Shown here: one piece after another, positions 10,601-19,117 of the stretch
How positions within the stretch are numbered: the first letter of the stretch is position 1
Layout: each line of letters begins with the position of its first letter
Notes under the pieces: generated by a model
Seen by the model: the letters and a program-made list of their open reading frames with translations, nothing else
What the model was told of the DNA's origin: nothing
The model's database searches: none
NCBI GenBank assembly: GCA_045586565.1
Contig: JAZNAO010000006.1
Location: forward strand, 1,457-65,456
DNA: 64,000 bases
Direction of reading: 5' to 3'
From: Candidatus Enterousia sp.
Lineage (GTDB): Bacteria > Pseudomonadota > Alphaproteobacteria > Rs-D84
Translations under genes and position numbers: made by a program

Positions 10601-11059
10601 TTATTCAACAATAAACGATATTTGGTTTGTATCAGATTCAAAACAGTTTTCTGCATATCCTGTTTCAAAGCCGTTTACCAGCATTTTTGTTGCCCACTGT
10701 GGTTTCATGGTTGAAAAATAATCACATTCACCTGTTGTTAAATCAACCAAGTTGATGGAAAATGTCGCGCCATCTGTACTGGATGTTATGGACCATCCTT
10801 CGCCACCAATTGGGGCGCGATCTGATTGTAATGCGCCCGCCTTGATAAGATAGTCCACAGACACACCTGTATAATCATCGCGCATTTCCAATAACAATTT
10901 TGTGTTTGCTGCGATTTGTTCCAATTCTGCATTTGCGATTGTTCGCTTTTGATTTTCGCGCATTATGCGAAACATTCCAAATGCCGCCACTGTCATCAGA
11001 CCAGTAATCGCCATAACACCGATAACTTCAATCAAAGACCGTCCAGATTGTTGTTTCAT
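10601..11059 (-). CDS. Type IV pilin / pseudopilin-like protein (152 aa)
   Basis: Class-III signal peptide pattern MKQQSG|RSLIEVIGVMAITGL with Glu at +5. C-terminal Cys pair (GEC...ENC). The start overlaps the dnaX stop (TAATG). Confidence 0.65.
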   Translation of the reverse strand: MKQQSGRSLIEVIGVMAITGLMTVAAFGMFRIMRENQKRTIANAELEQIAANTKLLLEMRDDYTGVSVDYLIKAGALQSDRAPIGGEGWSITSSTDGATFSINLVDLTTGECDYFSTMKPQWATKMLVNGFETGYAENCFESDTNQISFIVE

Positions 11060-12627
11060 TATTTTACTCCTACGATTTCTGCGTTTTCAAACAGGCTCAT
11101 TGCGCTGGCGACCAATGGGTCTGCAACCAATTCTTCTTGTTTTTGTTCAGACATTGTATGTGTATGAACATTTTCACTGGCGCGAACCATCTCCCATGCA
11201 TGTCCTGTCTTGTCCATCAGCCATGTGGCCAATTTATGCACAAAATCCCCGTCACCTTTGCGGTCAAAGTATGTGATTTTACCATCGGTAAATTCAGACA
11301 CTTCGATATTACTGCTATAATAAGAATATAATAAAATTTCCTTGGATTTTTGTAATTCTTCCCCCAGTTGTGTTGCAGACGTAATTGTTACAAATGTTGT
11401 TTGTGGTATACACGGTTGTGTTTCTGACGGTTTAGACATACGGTCTGCCAAAATATTTTTTACGTCACGCACACGATTTGCAGATTCTTGCTGTTTAATC
11501 AATTCTGGGATTGATGGCATATCTGCAATATGCATCATACGAATAATCAGCATATCAAAACATTGTTTTTGATTGCCCGCAGCCTGCATTTCTGGGACGG
11601 CGGCAACCATAACCTGCCATATACGCGACAATGTGTTCACAGATACGCGTGAATTTATCATATGAATCTGGTCGCGTTGGTCGGTGGTGTATGGTGAATT
11701 TACAGCATCGCCTGCGTGTAATGCCGGATGCATACGCGTTGCCCAGTGTGTCCATTCCATCATGTCCGTCAACAACATCATTAAATCGGCGCCGTTATTA
11801 TAAATCTCGTCTACCTTGTTTAATGCGGCTGCTGTGTCACCAGATAACAAAGTCTTCATCAAATCAACCACAACACCACGGTCGGCACGTTTAAGCATAT
11901 CTAATACAGCTACTTCATCAACGTGTCCCCCGGTTTGGGCAATTGCCTGGTCCAGCAAAGATAAACCATCGCGCACAGAACCATCTGCCGCGCGTGCCAA
12001 TAATTCGTTTGCGCCATCAGTCAGTTCAACATTTTCCTGGTCTGCAATCCATGCAAAATGTTTTTTTAATGTTTCGACCGGCACACGCACCAAATCAAAA
12101 CGTTGGCAACGAGATAAAATCGTCACGGGAACTTTTCGGATTTCTGTGGTTGCCAAAATGAATATTACATGTGCGGGTGGTTCTTCTAATGTTTTCAACA
12201 GTGCGTTAAACGCAGATGTCGACAGCATATGAACTTCGTCAATAATATAAACTTTATATCGTCCGTTTGTTGGTCTGTATTGTGCCGCATCCAGAATGTC
12301 ACGCATATTATCCACACCTGTATGTGATGCAGCGTCGATTTCCATAACGTCAATATGTTGTCCGGCGGCAATTGCGCGACAGTTTTCGCATGTTCCACAT
12401 GGTGTTGCGGTTGCCCGGTCTGATGATTGGCAATTCAATGCCTTGGCCAAGATACGCGCTGTGCTTGTTTTTCCAGTTCCGCGAATTCCTGTGAAAATAT
12501 ATGCGTGCGCAATACGTGACGTGTTGATTGCAGTGGTCAATGTTTTTACCAAAACATCCTGGCCAATCAGTGTTTTAAAATCTTGACTGCGATATTTACG
12601 TGCCAAAACGGTATAATTGTTTTCCAT
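11059..12627 (-). CDS. dnaX: DNA polymerase III subunit gamma/tau
   Basis: Walker A GTGKTSTARI, zinc module C-x8-CGTCENC, Walker B YIIDEVHMLS, and SRCQRF. Confidence 0.92.
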   Translation of the reverse strand: MENNYTVLARKYRSQDFKTLIGQDVLVKTLTTAINTSRIAHAYIFTGIRGTGKTSTARILAKALNCQSSDRATATPCGTCENCRAIAAGQHIDVMEIDAASHTGVDNMRDILDAAQYRPTNGRYKVYIIDEVHMLSTSAFNALLKTLEEPPAHVIFILATTEIRKVPVTILSRCQRFDLVRVPVETLKKHFAWIADQENVELTDGANELLARAADGSVRDGLSLLDQAIAQTGGHVDEVAVLDMLKRADRGVVVDLMKTLLSGDTAAALNKVDEIYNNGADLMMLLTDMMEWTHWATRMHPALHAGDAVNSPYTTDQRDQIHMINSRVSVNTLSRIWQVMVAAVPEMQAAGNQKQCFDMLIIRMMHIADMPSIPELIKQQESANRVRDVKNILADRMSKPSETQPCIPQTTFVTITSATQLGEELQKSKEILLYSYYSSNIEVSEFTDGKITYFDRKGDGDFVHKLATWLMDKTGHAWEMVRASENVHTHTMSEQKQEELVADPLVASAMSLFENAEIVGVK

Positions 12628-12675
12628 ACTGAAACTTCCTTTGGGTTTAGCATAGCAAACCAGTGTAAAATTTCA

Positions 12676-12702
12676 ACAAATAAAACGCGCCAATGGCGCG
12701 CT
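12676..12702 (-). terminator. Intrinsic terminator after the DUF4167 gene
   Basis: CGCGCC-AAT-GGCGCG hairpin. A T-rich run follows on the minus strand. Confidence 0.6.
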
Positions 12703-12709
12703 TATAATA

Positions 12710-13018
12710 TTATTTTAGGTTTGTAATAAAATCTGGCAATTCGCTGTCTTCATCATCAGGATTTTCTGGTGCGTCTCCGGCGGATTCTGGTGCTGGTTCT
12801 GCAACTGTCTTATCCTTTGGGTCGCGTGTTGAATCTATTTTACCCTGTTCTGCATTGACAATACGACCATAGTGTTCTGCCGCCTGTAATAAACGTTCGC
12901 GTTCAATTTCATCAGATGTTTGACGCGCTTGGTCTATATATTGTTTTCTTTTCTGACGCCATTTATGACAGCGTTGAATCATCTGTCCGACATTGGATTG
13001 ATTTTTTTTATTTTGCAT
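12710..13018 (-). CDS. DUF4167-like protein
   Basis: Basic N-terminus, then YIDQAR...ERLLQAAEHYGRI, which resembles the alphaproteobacterial DUF4167 signature (...QHAEHYFR), then an acidic tail. Confidence 0.55.
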   Translation of the reverse strand: MQNKKNQSNVGQMIQRCHKWRQKRKQYIDQARQTSDEIERERLLQAAEHYGRIVNAEQGKIDSTRDPKDKTVAEPAPESAGDAPENPDDEDSELPDFITNLK

Positions 13019-13121
13019 ATTTTTTTCTTTTTAATCAGGAAATAATCTTTTATAACGAATCCGAATAAACATCGTCTTCGTCACAGTTAACGTTTCAAAT
13101 ATTAAAGTATCTTAAAACCGA

Positions 13122-13150
13122 TTGCAATAATTTTTTTATGTTGCTACACT
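13122..13150 (+). promoter_or_regulatory. Putative promoter of the large pilin-like operon
   Basis: TTGCAA, a 17-nt spacer, then TACACT, about 25 nt upstream of the AGGAGG RBS. Confidence 0.35.
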
Positions 13151-13173
13151 GAACGTGTAGGAGGGGGCACGTC

Positions 13174-14532
13174 TTGCAACAACAACGCGGTAATTTTTTA
13201 ATGCAGGCTCTGTTGGCATTGGGGGTAATTTTTGCATTTATGCCATTTATTACACGCCAATTGGCGGGGCGCGATACCGATGCGCGTATGTATTCTTCAA
13301 CGCGCCAGGTTGATATTGCGCAAAGTGCCGCCCAGATTTTTATTCGTGAAAATGCGAATAATTTACCATATGAAACAACGGTTATATCGGGAAATGATTT
13401 TGCTGATTTATTGGAACCGTATGGCCTGCCATTGGGTTTTGTGCCACGCACGGCCCTGGGCCAGAATATTGCGTTGGTAATCAATAAAACGCCAGTATCT
13501 GTATCTGCGTATCTGGAATTGTCTGGTGGTAATTTATCCGCGTTGGATATTGCAGAGTTGGCGCGTCGTATTGGATTTTATGCGATGGTCACAGATGATG
13601 GTGTAAATGTTGGTATTGAATTGTCGGATGTTTATTCTGATATTGTGCGTCGTAATGAACCGAATTTGGAAAACAGTGGTTTTTTAACCGATTTAGATAT
13701 GGGTGGTTTCGTATTTAATAATGCCGGCAATTTATTCGCTGTGCGTGGCACATTTGATAGTGCTCAATTTAACAGTATGACTGTAAATGGACTGGAATCG
13801 GGGCGCAAGGCAAAAAATACAATTGGCACCATGATTGCAGACAAGGCTGTGTTTCAAAACAAGTCTGGCGAATCAGCGCTAACTTTGACACGTGGGACAT
13901 TGTATGCAAATACTGTAAATGGTCGCACGTTATCTTTGTTTGGTGATACGGGAAATCTGGCTGTGAATGATGCGTCGGCATATGAGTTGGCGATGACTGC
14001 GGGTCGAACGTCTTTTTCGGGGCCTGAAAAATGGAATGTTCGCGGGAATTTGGTATCAGATCACATCAATTTTAGTGTTGAACGATTAGATGTGTCGTCG
14101 TATATCAGTGCAACACGCGGTCAAGATGTATTTATTGATTATGATACATTGGATTACAGCACTAAATCTGGAATCGAAGTCGGAACAATATACACATCAA
14201 ATATCACTGTGCGTGATCAGACGTCCAGTGCATTAAACGATGGTATGTCTGGGGCGGTTATTTTAGATGTGCGCCCAGGCGGCACAACACTGTTGCCGGA
14301 TGCGTTGGTTGGTGATATCAACAACGACGAATTTGCAATTATATCTGATGTGTTATCAGATGACGATGCAACGATTGCGTGTAAAAAAATAATAGATGAT
14401 TTCGAAGGTGTGTATAACAAGCAGTCTTTATCGCAATATTTAATATGTCAATATGTATATTGGCAACGTCTGGAAAAGCGCATCAATATCAAACAATGTT
14501 TAATGGCGGGTGGCAGTGACTGTGTTAAATAA
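13174..14532 (+). CDS. Large pilin-like protein 1 (452 aa; Gln instead of Glu at +5)
   Basis: TTG start behind a strong RBS (AGGAGGGGG). N-terminus MQQQRG|NFLMQALLALGVIFAFMPFITRQ. Paralogous to the next two ORFs (shared ...IG...DDG..YG and LDMGG motifs). Confidence 0.55.
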   Translation: MQQQRGNFLMQALLALGVIFAFMPFITRQLAGRDTDARMYSSTRQVDIAQSAAQIFIRENANNLPYETTVISGNDFADLLEPYGLPLGFVPRTALGQNIALVINKTPVSVSAYLELSGGNLSALDIAELARRIGFYAMVTDDGVNVGIELSDVYSDIVRRNEPNLENSGFLTDLDMGGFVFNNAGNLFAVRGTFDSAQFNSMTVNGLESGRKAKNTIGTMIADKAVFQNKSGESALTLTRGTLYANTVNGRTLSLFGDTGNLAVNDASAYELAMTAGRTSFSGPEKWNVRGNLVSDHINFSVERLDVSSYISATRGQDVFIDYDTLDYSTKSGIEVGTIYTSNITVRDQTSSALNDGMSGAVILDVRPGGTTLLPDALVGDINNDEFAIISDVLSDDDATIACKKIIDDFEGVYNKQSLSQYLICQYVYWQRLEKRINIKQCLMAGGSDCVK

Positions 14533-15751
14533 CAAGATATTTTCAGATAATTGTCATGGTGCCAGTGTTCTGGAAGTGTTGCTGGCAATGGCGATTGTTG
14601 CCATGGCGACACCTTTTGTATATCGGCAAATTGCCCAAACAAATCATACGATTCATGATATTGCAATTGCGCGCAAGATTATGTCGACGCGTGAATCCGC
14701 ACTAAACTTTATCAGAATAAATCAAGATAAATGGCCTGATAATGCCCAGATTAAATTAGATGATTCTGAATTGGATATTATATCAACAGATGCAGCAGCG
14801 GGCTTTATTGATAAATATTCTGTAAACGGCGCAGTTATAACAGATGTATATTTGGCATTTGTTACAGCAGATACAGGATTGCGGACAAATCAAATTGCCC
14901 GTCATATTGGTTCTGATGCGGCGGTGGTCAGCGATGATGGTGTTGCGTATGGTAATACTTGGGCGGTTGCAGCGCCTGATTTTATTCCTGGTGATTTAAT
15001 ATATCGTATATCGCGTGACATTGCGGGCACAGATACATCAATATATCTGCATCGTGGAACATCTGGTGATGATGGTTTAAATATTATGCAACGTGATTTA
15101 GATATGTCGAATCATCACGTTTATAATGTTGCGACTTTGAATGGAAAATCTGTTCGTGCACGAAATGCAAATACTGTGTTTGTCGACACAACAGATGTTG
15201 TTACCAACAGTGTATATTTTTCATCGGGTGCGAATTTAGAGAATGATTCATCTGTATTTGGTAATGTTCGTGTAACTGGTGATATATCTGGGTTTCGTAA
15301 TATTTATGCAGATAATTTAAACGGTCGTGGATATACGACCACAGGGCGCATTGTAACAGACCGCGCCACGATTATAGATACTATAAATGTTGCGAATGAC
15401 TTTGTGTTAAAATCTGATTCTACACGCACGGTCAGCGCATTTACAGGTATTTCGGCCAGTTCTGTTTTGACACCATACATATCTGCCGAAGAGATGATAT
15501 TTTATGATAATTTTGGATTGACTGTATCTGGTGAATTGCTGATGTCAACCTCAACACCATTAAAGTTGGGCAGTTGGTCATTCCCATCAACAAAGCCGCC
15601 TGTGTTTAAGTCTTTTAATGTGTCACGGGCAACACGTCCGTCAATGCCGTCGCGTAATGAATTTGATGCAGTAACCCGTCGTGGGTGGCAGTCAACAGAT
15701 ACACTAACCCCACCGGTCTTTCAACAAACATATATATCAACGATAAATTAA
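14510..15751 (+). CDS. Large pilin-like protein 2 (413 aa)
   Basis: GTG start region overlaps the upstream gene. N-terminus ...CHG|ASVLEVLLAMAIVAMATPFVYRQ with Glu at +5. Contains YLHRG...DLDMSNHHVYN. The exact start is uncertain. Confidence 0.55.
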   Translation: MAVTVLNNKIFSDNCHGASVLEVLLAMAIVAMATPFVYRQIAQTNHTIHDIAIARKIMSTRESALNFIRINQDKWPDNAQIKLDDSELDIISTDAAAGFIDKYSVNGAVITDVYLAFVTADTGLRTNQIARHIGSDAAVVSDDGVAYGNTWAVAAPDFIPGDLIYRISRDIAGTDTSIYLHRGTSGDDGLNIMQRDLDMSNHHVYNVATLNGKSVRARNANTVFVDTTDVVTNSVYFSSGANLENDSSVFGNVRVTGDISGFRNIYADNLNGRGYTTTGRIVTDRATIIDTINVANDFVLKSDSTRTVSAFTGISASSVLTPYISAEEMIFYDNFGLTVSGELLMSTSTPLKLGSWSFPSTKPPVFKSFNVSRATRPSMPSRNEFDAVTRRGWQSTDTLTPPVFQQTYISTIN

Positions 15752-15752
15752 A

Positions 15753-17069
15753 ATGACAAAACGATACGGAATTTTTTCAAAATACAATCAATCGCGTGGC
15801 GGCATGTTGATTGAATTACTGCTTAGTGTGGCATTGGCATCTGTGATAATACCATTCATTTTCCAGTATCAACAGAACGCGGTAACGCGTGCGCAAAATA
15901 TTGCGATTACAGAACAAATGTCGGATATTCAATCTGCATTGGAAAGATATATAATTGCCAATCGCGAAGATTTATTAAAAACTGTGGGTCGCACTATTAC
16001 GCGCATATCTATGTCTGATTTGGTGCCATATGGTGTCCCAGATTCTGTATTGACCGCCGGCGATGAATTGTTTCAACTGCGCATCTTAAAATCGTCAGAT
16101 TATGGTGACCAGTCTACATTACAGGGAATCGTTGTGCGAAACTCAGAAGATATATCCCCATTGCGAACACGTGAAATTGTGAATCTGTCTGGGGGCAGTA
16201 TGGGTTTTATTGATGACACTCATGCGTATGGTACATTTGGTACATGGCATACAGATACAGTTGACATGGGCATTGATATGGATAACGCGATTATTGAAAC
16301 GACACCTGTGAATCGTGACAACGCGTTGTATTTGTGGCGCATACCATCTGATGATGCGTCAGACTCGCGCATGATGACGGCGTTAAACCTGGGTGGGCAT
16401 GATATATTAAATTCATCGTTTGTAAATGCGAATCATATTGAATTTTCAGAAATGTTGTCTGCACCTGCGATTGCGACGGGCGATATTATCTTTCAAAACA
16501 GAACAACGATAGATTGGCCATTGGATGCATCCAACGCCAGTGTCGCGGGTATGTTATCTTCGGATGCCAAGAATATGGAAATAACCAATTCTTTGACGAT
16601 TGGTGACGTTGCAAAATTATCATCGTTGACGGCATCAAATTTATGGGTTGGCAATTTAACGTTGGGTGGTTTATCTTTGCACGGTGATGTAGAAGTCGCG
16701 ACCTTGGCCATAAATCAGACACTGGATATGACTGCCGGTCGTATCGAAGCAATGTTTGTATCTGTTGGTTTTGCAGGTTCTATGACGCCGCGTCTGGTTG
16801 TTTACGACAGAATCGAAGATTCAACGAATTCTGGATACTATTGGGATTTGAAATCAGAAATGGCAAGCTTTGCGGACGCAACGTTGGTTGAATTAAATCG
16901 TATGGCAACCTTGGCGTCATATTACGAAGGTGATGCGTCGACTGAATCTGGCCAGATTTTTGGTGCGGTATCTGCGAATAAAAATGCGACTGTATCTGAT
17001 TACATGAACGCGATAAATGAAATTCAAACGCGTGTTCGTGCCAAATATCGTCAGTTGAATTTGCAATAA
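15753..17069 (+). CDS. Large pilin-like protein 3 (438 aa)
   Basis: N-terminus ...SRG|GMLIELLLSVALASVIIPFIFQYQ with Glu at +5. Contains YLWR...LNLGGHDILN. Starts 1 nt after the upstream stop. Confidence 0.55.
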   Translation: MTKRYGIFSKYNQSRGGMLIELLLSVALASVIIPFIFQYQQNAVTRAQNIAITEQMSDIQSALERYIIANREDLLKTVGRTITRISMSDLVPYGVPDSVLTAGDELFQLRILKSSDYGDQSTLQGIVVRNSEDISPLRTREIVNLSGGSMGFIDDTHAYGTFGTWHTDTVDMGIDMDNAIIETTPVNRDNALYLWRIPSDDASDSRMMTALNLGGHDILNSSFVNANHIEFSEMLSAPAIATGDIIFQNRTTIDWPLDASNASVAGMLSSDAKNMEITNSLTIGDVAKLSSLTASNLWVGNLTLGGLSLHGDVEVATLAINQTLDMTAGRIEAMFVSVGFAGSMTPRLVVYDRIEDSTNSGYYWDLKSEMASFADATLVELNRMATLASYYEGDASTESGQIFGAVSANKNATVSDYMNAINEIQTRVRAKYRQLNLQ

Positions 17070-17089
17070 AATGTGGTATAAGTAATAAC

Positions 17090-17617
17090 ATGAAAATAAA
17101 ATGTGAATTTTGTAAAACAGAATATAATATAGACAGACCGCCATTGACGCCGGTTAAATGTGCGTTGTGTGGGTATACGTGGCGCGTTGCGGCACCGGCG
17201 CGCAAGAACGTATGGTTGATGTTTTTTGCGTCTGTCTGTGCATTATTGTCTGCGATAATTTTTTCTATTGCGGTTATTGCTCATCACCAGGCTATTCATG
17301 CGAACCGTGGTCCATTGATTGCATCTGTGTCTGGGGTTGAAACCGCGACTGATGATACTGGTGTTTCGCATGTAATTGTCAGTGGTTCTGTGACAAATGT
17401 ATCGGATGCGATATATGGTGTGCCTGACTTGATAATTGTTGCGACGGACGATAATGGGAATGTTTTATCGCGCCAGAAATTTATGCCATCGGCCACATTA
17501 CTTGATTCTGGGGCGGTTGTGAATTTTAAACACACACTGGCGCCATTGCCGTCTGGCGTGACTAAGATATCCGCACATTTGGGCGAAATGGAAATACCAT
17601 CGGGGGAAGAACAATGA
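17090..17617 (+). CDS. MJ0042-type zinc-ribbon protein with TM helix and DUF3426-like C-terminal domain
   Basis: CEFC-x15-CALC zinc ribbon at the N-terminus, one TM helix, and a beta-rich C-terminal domain, as in the zinc-ribbon/DUF3426 family. Confidence 0.55.
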   Translation: MKIKCEFCKTEYNIDRPPLTPVKCALCGYTWRVAAPARKNVWLMFFASVCALLSAIIFSIAVIAHHQAIHANRGPLIASVSGVETATDDTGVSHVIVSGSVTNVSDAIYGVPDLIIVATDDNGNVLSRQKFMPSATLLDSGAVVNFKHTLAPLPSGVTKISAHLGEMEIPSGEEQ

Positions 17618-18072
17618 AAAAATTTATATTTGCATTGATTGGTTTGGCTTTATCTGCACCGTCATTTGCGGCAGACACGCCTGCGCCCGCGCGCATCAGT
17701 ATTTTTTCCACCAGCACTGATTGGCAGGCAGTTACTGGTCTGCGTCTGAACGAATATAATGGCACGTTTATTCCAGACAAGAAATTGGTTGGTCGTGGTC
17801 TGGTTTTGTATTACCTGGATGGGTTTCCGTGTTATGGGTTGGGGTATGGTGTTCGCGCGTGGGTTGGCCCAGACTTTAATCATGAACATTTGCATATTGC
17901 GTGTGTTGCGGCACCCACAGAAATTAAGTTTGCATACCGCAACGCCACCCGTGATGCAGACCAGGCGACAACCACAGGAATTTTGACATGTCCGGTTGAA
18001 GGCGACGGTCGTGAATTGACAATCCGTTTGTCTGATTGTACGGTTGGCCCTGATTGGGATGAATACAGATAA
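17614..18072 (+). CDS. Secreted hypothetical protein (152 aa)
   Basis: Signal peptide MKKFIFALIGLALSAPSFA|AD, four Cys, and a 4-nt overlap with the upstream gene. Confidence 0.45.
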   Translation: MKKFIFALIGLALSAPSFAADTPAPARISIFSTSTDWQAVTGLRLNEYNGTFIPDKKLVGRGLVLYYLDGFPCYGLGYGVRAWVGPDFNHEHLHIACVAAPTEIKFAYRNATRDADQATTTGILTCPVEGDGRELTIRLSDCTVGPDWDEYR

Positions 18073-18083
18073 GGGTTTTATGC

Positions 18084-19043
18084 ATGGCGGACACACGTAC
18101 ATTTACTGTCTTAGATACTGATGAACTGACACGCGTTGATAAATATTTATCATCACAAATGCCTGAATTTTCACGCAGCGAGATTCAGCGTTTCACTGTC
18201 ACGCGTGGTGATGGTGCGCCTGTAAAGTTTTCCGAAAAAGTTCGTGTTGGGGATTGTTTTACTGTTGAAATTCCAGCGCCCCAGACAGACGTTGCAACAG
18301 ATAACATATCGTCAGACTTTGATCTGGACATATTGTTCGAAGACGATGATATAATCGTTATAAACAAACCGCGTGGTGTGGTTATGTACCCGTCTGCGGG
18401 CAACAAGACCGGAACATTGGTTCAAAATATCTTGGCGCACACGCATTTATCTGCGCTGGGCGGGGCAACGCGCCCGGGTGTGGTTCATCGTCTGGATAAA
18501 GATACCAGTGGCGTGATGGTCTTTGCGAAATCAGACGCGGCATTTCGTGGCTTGGTAAAAATATTTTCCGCGCATGATTTGACACGTAAATACATTGCCT
18601 TTACATGGAACATCCCAAATTGGGAGGTTGCCGACATCACCGGCAATATCGCGCGTTCATCACGTAATCGCCAAAAGATGACAATGGTAAAATCGGGCGG
18701 AAAATCATCTCATACCGAAGTGGCGGTTGTAAACGCGTGGCCACGTGCGAACGTGTCGCAAATGCGTTGCACACTGTTTACCGGCCGAACACACCAGATA
18801 CGCGTTCACCTGTCATCGCATGGTTTCCCGGTGTTATGTGACCCGTTGTACGGTCGTGGCGCGTCACGTCTGGGGACGGTGCGCGATGCGGATTTGTTGG
18901 ATTTTCTGCGTTCTCATGACGGTCAAATGTTGCACGCCGAAGTGCTGGAATTTACTCATCCCATAACTGGCGCGGCGATGCGTTTTAAATCCCGCCTGCC
19001 TGATGATATGATGGAATTAAAATATATCCTGGAAAATATATAA
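18084..19043 (+). CDS. rluD: 23S rRNA pseudouridine synthase, RluA/RluD family
   Basis: S4-like N-terminus and catalytic motif HRLDKDTSGVMVFAKS. Confidence 0.85.
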   Translation: MADTRTFTVLDTDELTRVDKYLSSQMPEFSRSEIQRFTVTRGDGAPVKFSEKVRVGDCFTVEIPAPQTDVATDNISSDFDLDILFEDDDIIVINKPRGVVMYPSAGNKTGTLVQNILAHTHLSALGGATRPGVVHRLDKDTSGVMVFAKSDAAFRGLVKIFSAHDLTRKYIAFTWNIPNWEVADITGNIARSSRNRQKMTMVKSGGKSSHTEVAVVNAWPRANVSQMRCTLFTGRTHQIRVHLSSHGFPVLCDPLYGRGASRLGTVRDADLLDFLRSHDGQMLHAEVLEFTHPITGAAMRFKSRLPDDMMELKYILENI

Positions 19044-19117
19044 CATTTTCCCCATTTTTCCCTTTTCAAAGTGCTTTGTTTGTGTTAAAATAAAGTAACT
19101 AATAATGGAGTAAGGGG

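Noticed and set aside
9903-10721. A 272-codon plus-strand ORF antisense to the OmpA-like lipoprotein and pilin genes. Similar long antisense ORFs occur elsewhere, e.g. 38578-39066, 40349-40984, 59370-59906 and 62087-62785.
   Set aside because: Each lies opposite a gene with clear family motifs and has low-complexity or odd composition with no RBS. They are typical shadow ORFs.
12061-12067. A7 run (T7 on the plus strand) inside dnaX, in the frame ttA AAA AAA. It resembles the E. coli dnaX -1 frameshift slippery site that produces the gamma subunit.
   Set aside because: It lies at about codon 188 of 522, inside the AAA+ module, whereas in E. coli the site follows domain III. The -1 frame stops after ~12 codons, which would give a non-functional fragment. 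I noticed no downstream stem-loop or upstream SD-like stimulator.
12628-12709. A possible SRP RNA (ffs), which is often found upstream of dnaX.
   Set aside because: The 80-bp spacer contains only a terminator hairpin. No SRP domain-IV consensus is visible.
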